NCBI GenBank assembly: GCA_964510165.1
Contig: CAZEBC010000027.1
Coordinates: forward strand, 11,706 to 28,945
Direction: 5' to 3'
Source of the DNA: an uncultured bacterium
Lineage (GTDB): Bacteria > Abyssobacteria > SURF-5
Length of the DNA: 17,240 bases
Part shown: positions 6,705-14,427 of the stretch, in pieces
How positions within the stretch are numbered: position 1 is the stretch's first letter
Layout: every line of letters starts with the position of its first letter
Program-made: the position numbers and the translations under genes
The notes under the pieces: generated by a model
The model's database searches: none
The model's input: the letters and a program-made list of their open reading frames with translations, nothing else
Told to the model about the DNA's origin: nothing

Positions 6705-9176
6705 TTATTCGGCTGGCGCCTCGCCCCTCCTTTTGCGGAGGGCGCCCAGAGTTCCCGACGGCCGGGCTTGCTCCGGCTCGCCGTGGAATTCTCGCGCCGC
6801 AACTTCCTTCACGTTGTTGCGCTCGACCAGAATCGAGATTATGTTGGGCATCTCGCGTGGCACCAAGTAGAATCTGCCGGACATCTCGGAATAGTCGGTG
6901 AAGGGATGTCCCTCGACCCGCTCGCCGTCGAAGAAGGTGACCTCCAACAGCGCCTTTGTGTTTATCCGCTCCCTGGGTATTGAAGGCCGACTGCCCGAGG
7001 CGTCCTGCATGAAGAACACAGCCTTGAGGTCCGCGAAATTGACCACCGTGATATCTTCCAGACGTTCCTCAGCCTCCGACACGTCCGTCCGAAGCAGTTC
7101 GAACGATTTCGCTCCAATGTCCCACGTGATCGGGGTTCCCCTCATTGTGCGGCCGTCGAGAAAGTGAACAACGACTTCCTTCTGCTCTTCCGGAGAAGAG
7201 AACAGCAGAATGAAATCCCCGATGCCAAGCAGGTCTTTGTCGACGAGCCGCGTTCGTTCGGCTCGCTCGACGTCATTCACCTCTACAACCGAACCCTTTA
7301 GCGGAAGGATTGATATCTCGGTCTGATTCTCGACCGTTTTCGCAGCTATCCTGCAGTGAATCGGGGCGACGGATTCATGGTTGAGCCGTATATCGGCCCT
7401 CGGCGAGCTGCCCACGGTCAGCACGTCTTTTCCCTGCAGAGAACCGATTCGCTTCAGGTTGATGTTCTTTGTCTTCGAGTCGGACGGGTCCTTGATAACG
7501 ACGAGTTCTCCCATGAACAAACCGCTGGCCGGCCTCATACGGTACACGAGAATGACAAGCACTATCACTACCGCCCCCAACAGGGGCACGTACACATAGC
7601 GCTGTTTCAACTGAGAGTACACGCTTCGCAGCGCCGATGCAATCGGTCCGGCTTCTTCGGCCTCAGCCTGTTGCCGTTCCAGTTCCCGGGTCAACTCTTC
7701 GAACGTCATCCGTTTTGCCTGGGCGCGGCCCACTTCGGTGCTCTCAGGAAGCAGTTTTCTTCCCCAGCGGACGCGGTCGGTGTTCATTGTGACGCGGATC
7801 GGCACATATACGGGAAGGACCTCGACGCCGGTCTCATTCGAGACAAAACGCACGCTTCCCTCGTATGCCGCTTGCAGGACGCTTTCCTCTATCTGTGCGT
7901 TCTGGTCAACCGATATCGTGATCTCGGCTGCCAACCGGGTCCCTCTACCGTACACCTTGCTTTCAATGTTTACGCCCTCCGGCACATTGATCGACAGGTC
8001 TTGCTTAATGGTGTCCGGATCTACTTCCTTATTGAGGAAAAGGGTGATAATCTTGTTGTCTTTCTTTCCGGGCTCCATCGGACCAAACATCAAGGGCTTG
8101 TCCGGACGAGTCAAGCCCGGGGGACGGGCCTCAGTGGCGATGATCCCCTGTTCCTTCGCCGAGGCAAGCAATCCTTCCTCCTTGGGTTGCTCAGGCTCGG
8201 CCACCGGGACGACCGGCTTCGGCGGCACTATCATTGCCATCAGGCCAACCGAGCGAGGCTCCACATCAAGCATCGGTCCCGAAAGTGACTCGAAGGCGAA
8301 TTCGCCCGCGTATTGTCCGGGCTCGCCGGTGAAGGATATCTGAAACTCCTGCTGCCACGGGTGCGCAGAGGCCACTACGCGCTGGGGTTCGAGCGACACG
8401 GGAACCACGGCGTTCGGGTTCGCGGGGTCAATGAGCTTGGCCTGAGCCGCAAACTCCAATCCGGCCGTCCCCGGGTGTTTCGGCTGGAATGTCACCAGGA
8501 ACTTCTTGGTCACCTGCTTTTCCTCGAAGGACCCGAGATCGATCAGGCTCTCCTTGACCGCCACCCTGAACGTGGTTCGACGAGCCCACGTGAAGAATTC
8601 CTCGAGAGCTTCATTGTTCACCTCCCTCAAAGGAGCATCATAGGCGAACCACTCGCTGCCAGGCTCAAAATCCTCGTTCTTTTCCCGAAGGTCTTCCAGT
8701 GTAAGGATGTCCTCACCGAGTTCCTCTGGTGGGTTGTCCTTGTCGTCGCTGAGCCACAATAGTACGCGCTCCCGATCGGGGTTCTTTTCGAAAAGATACC
8801 GCAACTCCGACAGCCCCCGCTCCAGGCCACGGTTTAGATACGTGGAATAATCGGTCGGATAGAGAGCGTCAAGCTGCTCCTGAAGGTCCTGAACATCAGC
8901 CTTGCCGCGTATTTGTTTTCGATTCATGAGTCTGGCCTGGTCACCAAACGTGATGATCGCAACATTATCGCCCGCCTTCGCTTCCGAAAGCTTCTGCTTG
9001 GCTACCTGCCTGACTTCGTCAAAGATGTCCTGCATGCTGGTCGAGACATCAATGACTATCACATAATCCTTGCTGGGGGCAGCGTGTGACGACGCCGGCA
9101 ACAGTAACACAAGGCCAACGGCGACCAAGACGGCGACCGATACCATCAGTTGTTGCGCATTATGCTTATTCTTCAT
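6705..9176 (-). CDS. membrane protein: signal peptide, VWA domain, beta-rich extracellular region, TM helix, FHA-like domain, C-terminal DUF6982-like domain
   Basis: N-terminal hydrophobic leader; MIDAS DVSTS...T...LSDD; TM YVYVPLLGAVVIVLVILVY followed by RMR; FHA pattern LTVGS..ADIRL..VAPIHCRI..VN..L..KDLLGIG; VVVHFLDGRTMRG..KAVFF..EVTFFDGERVEG..FYLVP. Confidence 0.8.
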   Translation of the reverse strand: MKNKHNAQQLMVSVAVLVAVGLVLLLPASSHAAPSKDYVIVIDVSTSMQDIFDEVRQVAKQKLSEAKAGDNVAIITFGDQARLMNRKQIRGKADVQDLQEQLDALYPTDYSTYLNRGLERGLSELRYLFEKNPDRERVLLWLSDDKDNPPEELGEDILTLEDLREKNEDFEPGSEWFAYDAPLREVNNEALEEFFTWARRTTFRVAVKESLIDLGSFEEKQVTKKFLVTFQPKHPGTAGLEFAAQAKLIDPANPNAVVPVSLEPQRVVASAHPWQQEFQISFTGEPGQYAGEFAFESLSGPMLDVEPRSVGLMAMIVPPKPVVPVAEPEQPKEEGLLASAKEQGIIATEARPPGLTRPDKPLMFGPMEPGKKDNKIITLFLNKEVDPDTIKQDLSINVPEGVNIESKVYGRGTRLAAEITISVDQNAQIEESVLQAAYEGSVRFVSNETGVEVLPVYVPIRVTMNTDRVRWGRKLLPESTEVGRAQAKRMTFEELTRELERQQAEAEEAGPIASALRSVYSQLKQRYVYVPLLGAVVIVLVILVYRMRPASGLFMGELVVIKDPSDSKTKNINLKRIGSLQGKDVLTVGSSPRADIRLNHESVAPIHCRIAAKTVENQTEISILPLKGSVVEVNDVERAERTRLVDKDLLGIGDFILLFSSPEEQKEVVVHFLDGRTMRGTPITWDIGAKSFELLRTDVSEAEERLEDITVVNFADLKAVFFMQDASGSRPSIPRERINTKALLEVTFFDGERVEGHPFTDYSEMSGRFYLVPREMPNIISILVERNNVKEVAAREFHGEPEQARPSGTLGALRKRRGEAPAE

Positions 9177-9303
9177 GCTGCATCCCTCGCCTTGCGGGCC
9201 CCATTTCGATCCGGTTCGATTTCAGCCCTGTCACAGCGATTACAATTCTCTCGCGGGCTTCTCGCCCCCTGCCATACCGTTCGGTATAGGGCTTGTCACC
9301 ATG

Positions 9304-9332
9304 ATTCTACCACAGCCCCCACGATTTTGCAA
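9304..9332 (-). promoter_or_regulatory. putative sigma70 promoter of the VWA/FHA gene
   Basis: Minus strand TTGCAA (9332-9327), 17 nt, TAGAAT (9309-9304), with TG-N extended -10. Confidence 0.6.
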
Positions 9333-9420
9333 GCAAAAAGTGTTAAACGATAAGGAGTTAGGGGATGCCCGATTTATCAGGGAAGAATCCAAATCGCACG
9401 CCGCCCTTACGCGCTCTCCG

Positions 9421-10746
9421 TCAGGCTGCCGCTTTTTCGCCAGCCAGATACCCGGACAACATGGCAATACCCATGCCACACTTGTCAATAATATAGTCGT
9501 ACTCCCCAAGGATCGAGCCAGCGGCAAAGAGGTTTTCATATGCAGGCTCGCCGAAACGATCCAGAGGCCTCAGCGATTTGTCAATGTGGAGCCCACATGA
9601 AAGAAACAGTTGCCTGCCGTCAACATTCCAGCTCAACAGGTCCTGCAGGAACTTGTTGTCCACCCGCTTGTCTTGTGAAAACAGCGGTAGTTCGAATATA
9701 GGCTCTTCCGGATAATCCCCCGCCACGAGGCCGCCGGCGCTGAATTTGCCGGAGGCCACGATGTAGTTCTTCGCTGACGCCGTACGTTTTGAGCGCGAAT
9801 CTTCCAAGAGGAGATTTCGGACGTTGCGCCCGTCTCTCTCCGCTCCGGTTACTCCGCTCGTCACCACGCGCACCTTGCTCTCCCTGAGCGCGGCCTCGAG
9901 CGCTTGCTGCAACCTGTAACCGGGCACCGAGAAGCTTGGAGAAATCATCTCGAACACTCGTGACTTGAGGATGTTCGAAAAAATGTCATATGTCCGGGAA
10001 TGATTGCGCAGTCCAAGGATGGGCGGAAAACAAATATGAGTGGCATCCGAAGGCGCGCTCGGGGCGAGCTTCTTTGCGAATTCTTCCGCCGCGCCCGGGT
10101 CGTCAAGATGGTGAGCTATCTCGAAAGGCGCCGATGGCAGTGCCTCCAGCGCTCGCGGGACACTCATCTCAATGACGTCCACATTTGAGACCGTCCGCGG
10201 AGAATGCAGGGAACAACACTTTTCGATCACCTGTTTGCAGACATGCGGCTGAAATAGCATGAGTCCGCCTATGCCGACCAGAGCCAGGTTCGCTTCGCGC
10301 ATCTCAAGCAGATTCCCCCCGCTCATTGAAGCTGGCGCCATCGCGCACAACTTCACCGTGCCGAACACGCTCGGCAGCGCCATATTGCGGCCATCGTTTC
10401 CCGCCAGCCTCAACGAAGGCAGTTTTCTTTGCACGAAGCCGGTGGCCTCGTCAAGACGCGCCCGCAGATCAACCAACCCGTCGCGTCCGCCGGCGATTAT
10501 CGAATAGGGATGCAGCGGCCGCGCGCGAAGGATTTGCCTGAGTTGCTCTTCTATCGAGGGAATCGAGTCCCAGGGGTCAAACGGCAGAAAGTCATTGGGG
10601 CCTGCGATGTCGAAGGCGCCGGAAGACATGGCCGTCGCGCCCTGTCCTTTCCGCAGAAGCAACACATCCGCTCCCGATTCGGCTGCCCTCAGGGCGGCGA
10701 CCGTCCCGGCCATTCCGCCGCCAATTACGATTACATCGGCCTCCAT
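9421..10746 (-). CDS. glpB: anaerobic glycerol-3-phosphate dehydrogenase subunit B-like flavoprotein
   Basis: DVIVIGGGMAG, GATAMSSGAFDI, FPPILG, PSFSVPGYRLQQAL, ASGKFSAGGL, EPIFELP, ENLFAAGSIL, CGMGIAMLSGYLAG; directly after glpA (7-nt gap). Confidence 0.88.
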   Translation of the reverse strand: MEADVIVIGGGMAGTVAALRAAESGADVLLLRKGQGATAMSSGAFDIAGPNDFLPFDPWDSIPSIEEQLRQILRARPLHPYSIIAGGRDGLVDLRARLDEATGFVQRKLPSLRLAGNDGRNMALPSVFGTVKLCAMAPASMSGGNLLEMREANLALVGIGGLMLFQPHVCKQVIEKCCSLHSPRTVSNVDVIEMSVPRALEALPSAPFEIAHHLDDPGAAEEFAKKLAPSAPSDATHICFPPILGLRNHSRTYDIFSNILKSRVFEMISPSFSVPGYRLQQALEAALRESKVRVVTSGVTGAERDGRNVRNLLLEDSRSKRTASAKNYIVASGKFSAGGLVAGDYPEEPIFELPLFSQDKRVDNKFLQDLLSWNVDGRQLFLSCGLHIDKSLRPLDRFGEPAYENLFAAGSILGEYDYIIDKCGMGIAMLSGYLAGEKAAA

Positions 10747-10753
10747 GCAAGGT

Positions 10754-12394
10754 CTACCTTTGCTCTGCGGTTATCTCGCGAAGGTTCGCCGAGAGGAAGT
10801 GGACAGCGCGGCTTATCTCTTCCTGCGCAAGTTGGAAGCCGGAAAGTCCCGGCAGTTTGCCCTTCCAGCGCTCCTGCAGGAATTCAAGCGCCACTCCCGC
10901 CAGTTCGTCAGGATTCAGATGCAATTCCTCGGCGAGTATGCAGGCGGCTATCATGGTGCAGCGACAGCCCTGACAAGGCCCGGCGCCCAACCGCGTCCGC
11001 CTGCGCACGTCGTCGAGCGTGCGCGCCCACTCGTGGCGTATCACGAATCTTATCTCCGCCTCGGTCACCGATTCACATTGACAGATTATTGATTTCGCGG
11101 CGCCCTGCGGTTCCTCTGACAATATCTTGACCAGCCTCGTTCCATGGCGCTGATACAGCCGCTGAATGATATACGCGGGTACTCCGTATTCGCGGGAAAT
11201 ATCATGGATGTCGAGCGTGCCCTCTCCGCCGGGAAGCGGCTCAAGATGTGTCCGGCACTTCTCTTTTATTCCCAGCTTGGCGCATATCACGTCTGTCGCA
11301 TGCTCGGCCATCAGGCGGTAGCTTGCCAGCTTTCCGCCCGCGATCGAGAGCAGGCCCTTGATATTGTCGCTCTCCTCGTGGTCGAATACCTTGTGTTCGC
11401 GGGAGAGTTCGTCCTCGTTCTTGCGCCACTCGAACAGCGTCGGCCTCACGCCCGCAAACACGCGGATTATGCGCTCCTTCCGGATGGTCGGAAACACCCG
11501 TTCGATGCCTTCAAGCAGATACTGGATTTCATCCCGAGTGACCGTCACGTTGTCGAGGTCGCCATAGTAATCGTCATCCGTAGTTCCGACAAGCGAGGTG
11601 TTCTCGTAAGGGATCACGAAAATGCTTCGCCCGTCGATTGTCTCTGCCGTGACCGCCACATTCGAGATGCGCCGGTCGAACACCAGATGAACTCCCTTCG
11701 CCGGACGGATTTTCACCTTCGCGCCCGCCATCCGCGCGACCAGCGGCGACCATGGCCCGCCGGCATTGAACACGATGCGGGCGCCCACTTCCTCGCGTTC
11801 TCCGCTAAGCGTGTTCCTCAGACGCGCGCCTACAACCCGGCGGCTGCCGTCTATCATCAGTTTCTCGGCCTCGGTATGATTCCTGATCTCGGCCCCGTAC
11901 CGATGGGCGGACAGCACGTTGAGGATACACAGACGAAACGGACTGCATCCCCATTCGTCCATGGTTATACCGCCGACGATCTTCTCGGTAAGGCCCGGCT
12001 CGAGCTTGAGCGCGTCCGTGCGCGTGAGCCGCGCGTGCGGGCGCCCGTTCTTCAGCGCGACAAACCGGTCGTACGCCTCCATGAACGTCTCGACGAGTTC
12101 GATGTTGTACTTGTCGCCTTTGAGGACCGGGAATATGAAAGGAATTCGGAACAGCAGAAAGGGCGCAATCTTCTGGATGTAGCCCGAGTCCAGGCAGGAG
12201 GTGCGAGTCGTCTCGATATCGTACTCAAGATAGCGAGGCCCGCCGTGGATCATGCCGCTGCACGTGCCGGTGGCGCCTGCCGAAAAATCTTTTTTCTCAA
12301 CCAGGATCGTTTTCAGGCCGCGCATCGCGCAGTCGCGCGCAATGCCCACGCCGTTGATGCCTCCTCCTATTATGAGCACATCATAATGCGGCAT
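10754..12394 (-). CDS. glpA: anaerobic glycerol-3-phosphate dehydrogenase subunit A-like (FAD-dependent, C-terminal BFD-like [2Fe-2S] domain)
   Basis: DVLIIGGGINGVGIARDCAMRG, SGMIHGGPRYL, NAGGPW, VGTTD, AGVRP, GGKLASYRLMAE, ICQCESVT...RRTRLGAGPCQGCRC. Confidence 0.9.
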   Translation of the reverse strand: MPHYDVLIIGGGINGVGIARDCAMRGLKTILVEKKDFSAGATGTCSGMIHGGPRYLEYDIETTRTSCLDSGYIQKIAPFLLFRIPFIFPVLKGDKYNIELVETFMEAYDRFVALKNGRPHARLTRTDALKLEPGLTEKIVGGITMDEWGCSPFRLCILNVLSAHRYGAEIRNHTEAEKLMIDGSRRVVGARLRNTLSGEREEVGARIVFNAGGPWSPLVARMAGAKVKIRPAKGVHLVFDRRISNVAVTAETIDGRSIFVIPYENTSLVGTTDDDYYGDLDNVTVTRDEIQYLLEGIERVFPTIRKERIIRVFAGVRPTLFEWRKNEDELSREHKVFDHEESDNIKGLLSIAGGKLASYRLMAEHATDVICAKLGIKEKCRTHLEPLPGGEGTLDIHDISREYGVPAYIIQRLYQRHGTRLVKILSEEPQGAAKSIICQCESVTEAEIRFVIRHEWARTLDDVRRRTRLGAGPCQGCRCTMIAACILAEELHLNPDELAGVALEFLQERWKGKLPGLSGFQLAQEEISRAVHFLSANLREITAEQR

Positions 12395-12426
12395 GGTCGC
12401 TCTTCTACTCTCCTCGATACGGCCTC

Positions 12427-12450
12427 GTAGGGGCGCAGCATGCTGCGCCC
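12427..12450. repeat. GTAG-type REP-like palindrome
   Basis: GTAG followed by a perfect 20-bp palindrome GGGCGCAGCATGCTGCGCCC, between the TetR and glpA genes. Confidence 0.75.
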
Positions 12451-12460
12451 GTTCGCTGAA

Positions 12461-13069
12461 TCACATGAATAATCCGTCCGCCACAAGCCTCTTATACGCG
12501 TCCATGAGTCGTCTGTACTCAATGCGATCCCGGTTCAGATAGTACTGTACCGTCATGCCCTGGAGGTTGCCGACGATCGTGTACGCCGTCATCTCCGGAT
12601 CGACCGACTTCCTGATCTCTCCCGTCCGTATGCCATCCTTCAGCAGACGAATCAGCAGGGCGGCGAGTTCACCGAACAGGTCGCGCAGCCTGCCAGTCAC
12701 AGCGGGGTTCGTTTCGACCATCTCGATGATGAGAACCGTAAGATCGAGACACCGGGAACAATTCGTCTCGATGAGGGATGTATAGTTATCAAGAAGGAGG
12801 TTCAGCCTCTGCCCGGGTGTCAACTCATCGCTCTGGTTCCGAAGCAGCCCCTTTAGCAGCCCTTCGCGGATCGTCTCCACCACCGCGAGAAACAGCTTTT
12901 CCTTGTTGTCGAAATGCCAGAAAATCGTGCCTTTGCTCAGGCCAGCTTCTGCCGCCACGTGCTCGAGGGTGGTGCCGCTGAATCCGTGCTTGGATATCAG
13001 ATTCATGGCGGCTTCAAGTATCGCGGCCTGCGACTGTTCGCTCTGGAACTGTTTTCTTGTTTTGGGCAT
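12461..13069 (-). CDS. TetR/AcrR family transcriptional regulator
   Basis: HTH ILEAAMNLISKHGFSGTTLEHVAAEAGLSKGTIFWHFDNKEKL. ATG 13069 preferred over TTG 13087, which lies inside the predicted operator. Confidence 0.95.
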   Translation of the reverse strand: MPKTRKQFQSEQSQAAILEAAMNLISKHGFSGTTLEHVAAEAGLSKGTIFWHFDNKEKLFLAVVETIREGLLKGLLRNQSDELTPGQRLNLLLDNYTSLIETNCSRCLDLTVLIIEMVETNPAVTGRLRDLFGELAALLIRLLKDGIRTGEIRKSVDPEMTAYTIVGNLQGMTVQYYLNRDRIEYRRLMDAYKRLVADGLFM

Positions 13070-13079
13070 GCGGATATTC

Positions 13080-13134
13080 CATACCAATTGGTCAGTCTAA
13101 GCTACAGACTAAAACAAACCGCCTGAATTGTCAA
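13080..13134 (-). promoter_or_regulatory. sigma70 promoter and operator of the TetR-glpAB unit
   Basis: Minus strand TTGACA (13134-13129), 17 nt, TAGTCT (13111-13106); palindrome core ACCAATTGGT (13083-13092) just downstream of the predicted start site. Confidence 0.7.
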
Positions 13135-13169
13135 GAATCGCGCCGAACCACCGCGCCTTGCCGCGCCAT

Positions 13170-13245
13170 GTAGCGCAGGCATCTTGCCTGCCTCCGCGAG
13201 GCGAAATCTTAGCGGGCGCCCTTGCAGGCCGGAAGCCTGCGCTAC
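13170..13245. repeat. REPIN-like inverted pair of GTAG-type REP elements
   Basis: GTAGCGCAGGCATCTTGCCTGC (13170-13191, +) and GTAGCGCAGGCTTCCGGCCTGC (13245-13224, -), separated by 32 nt. Confidence 0.8.
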
Positions 13246-13281
13246 CTCTCAGAGCTCCGTTACAAGGTTAACCAAGAGGCG

Positions 13282-14106
13282 CTAGCGTTGCAGCAGAAAC
13301 TCGCGCACGAGCGCAACTGTCTTCTCCGGCGTGTCTTCCCACAAGAAGTGGCCCGCGTCATGCAGCATATGCAAGCGTGAATCCGGAATCTCGTGCTTGA
13401 ACCGATGCCCCGCCAACGCGGGAATGAATGGGTCGTTCTCTCCCCAAACAATAAGCGCGGGCGATGTTATGGTCGCAAGCTTGCCGTCGTACGGCTTGAT
13501 TTTCTCGAAATCGCCCGACCGATAAAGCGCCAGCCGCGCCGTGCGTCGCTCGTGGGTTGAGAAAGTTTTCCAGTATTCCGCGATGGCGTCGTCGGCCATC
13601 TTCGCACAGGCCGCTCGCAAGACGCCCTGAAACGCCTCGAACGTGACCGCATCCATCCACGCTTCGCCCTCGCCCCGGGTTCTCCATATCTTGGCAAGCG
13701 AGTGCCAGGCGCTGTTATCCGCGTAAAAGAATCCGGTGTTGCCGACGATGAGTCTTCTCAGGTTCCGGAGTCGCGAGGGATGATCGAACAACCAGCGAAA
13801 ACCTATCAGGCCGCCCCAGTCGTGCAGCGCGAGGTCGAAGCGGCCGAGCTCCAACACCGCCGCGAATTTCTCGACGAATTCCTCCATCTCTTCCCACGTG
13901 CCCTCGCGCCCGCCAAGTTCGGAATCGCCATGTCCGGGCAAGTCCGGCGCAATCACCAGCGCCATGTCTTTCAGCCCTTCTCCCAAGTTCCGCCAAAGAT
14001 ATGAGGAGGTCGGGTTGCCATGAAGACAAAGCAGCGGCGTCCCCTTCTCTCCCCAAGTCCTGTACGCAGCAACGGCTCCGTCAATCACGACTGTCTGTAC
14101 GGGCAT
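13282..14106 (-). CDS. alpha/beta hydrolase, haloalkane dehalogenase / OleB-like
   Basis: LHGNPTSSYLWR, APDLPGHGDS, nucleophile HDWGG, WGEND, AGHFLWED; AGGAGG ribosome-binding site at 14116-14111. Confidence 0.88.
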   Translation of the reverse strand: MPVQTVVIDGAVAAYRTWGEKGTPLLCLHGNPTSSYLWRNLGEGLKDMALVIAPDLPGHGDSELGGREGTWEEMEEFVEKFAAVLELGRFDLALHDWGGLIGFRWLFDHPSRLRNLRRLIVGNTGFFYADNSAWHSLAKIWRTRGEGEAWMDAVTFEAFQGVLRAACAKMADDAIAEYWKTFSTHERRTARLALYRSGDFEKIKPYDGKLATITSPALIVWGENDPFIPALAGHRFKHEIPDSRLHMLHDAGHFLWEDTPEKTVALVREFLLQR

Positions 14107-14117
14107 CGGACCTCCTC

Positions 14118-14164
14118 AGGCTGAATTGGGGACACCATGCCGCATAATGTCCCCAATTTAGCCT
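14118..14164. repeat. palindromic element copy 2 (GGGGACACC family)
   Basis: AGGCTGAATTGGGGACA-(13 nt)-TGTCCCCAATTTAGCCT, 17-bp arms with one mismatch. Confidence 0.85.
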
Positions 14165-14198
14165 ACGGTGCGGCTCTGTCGCGTCATGTCCGTCGAAT

Positions 14199-14207
14199 AT
14201 TATATCA
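14199..14207 (-). promoter_or_regulatory. extended -10 promoter candidate for the dehalogenase-like gene
   Basis: Minus strand TG-A-TATAAT; no recognisable -35. Confidence 0.5.
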
Positions 14208-14427
14208 TTTCACCCATCTTCCCGCAGCGGGCCGCCTGAGAGGCGTATGCAAGGCCATCCACTATCTCAGAGCAACAGTTTGCCAGGACCTCACACTGCG
14301 ATTTTTTGCTTGCATTTTGGTATGAGCTATGGCATATTACTTGTCAAACCAATTTGGGCTTTTTCGTCGGAGGGGATATTTGGCAACGGCCGAAGCGGAG
14401 GTGAAAAGCGGGGAGGACATCGCCGAA

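Noticed and set aside
7356-8343. 310-aa and 201-aa plus-strand ORFs
   Set aside because: Antisense to the VWA/FHA gene, with no protein-like motifs.
9070-9600. Small ORFs crossing the glpB-VWA spacer, considered as a possible glpC remnant
   Set aside because: They overlap real genes and contain no CxxCxxCxxxCP ferredoxin motif or other GlpC-like similarity that I can recognise.
11144-12430. 428-aa plus-strand ORF
   Set aside because: Antisense shadow of glpA with no recognisable motifs; expected from codon bias in GC-rich genes.
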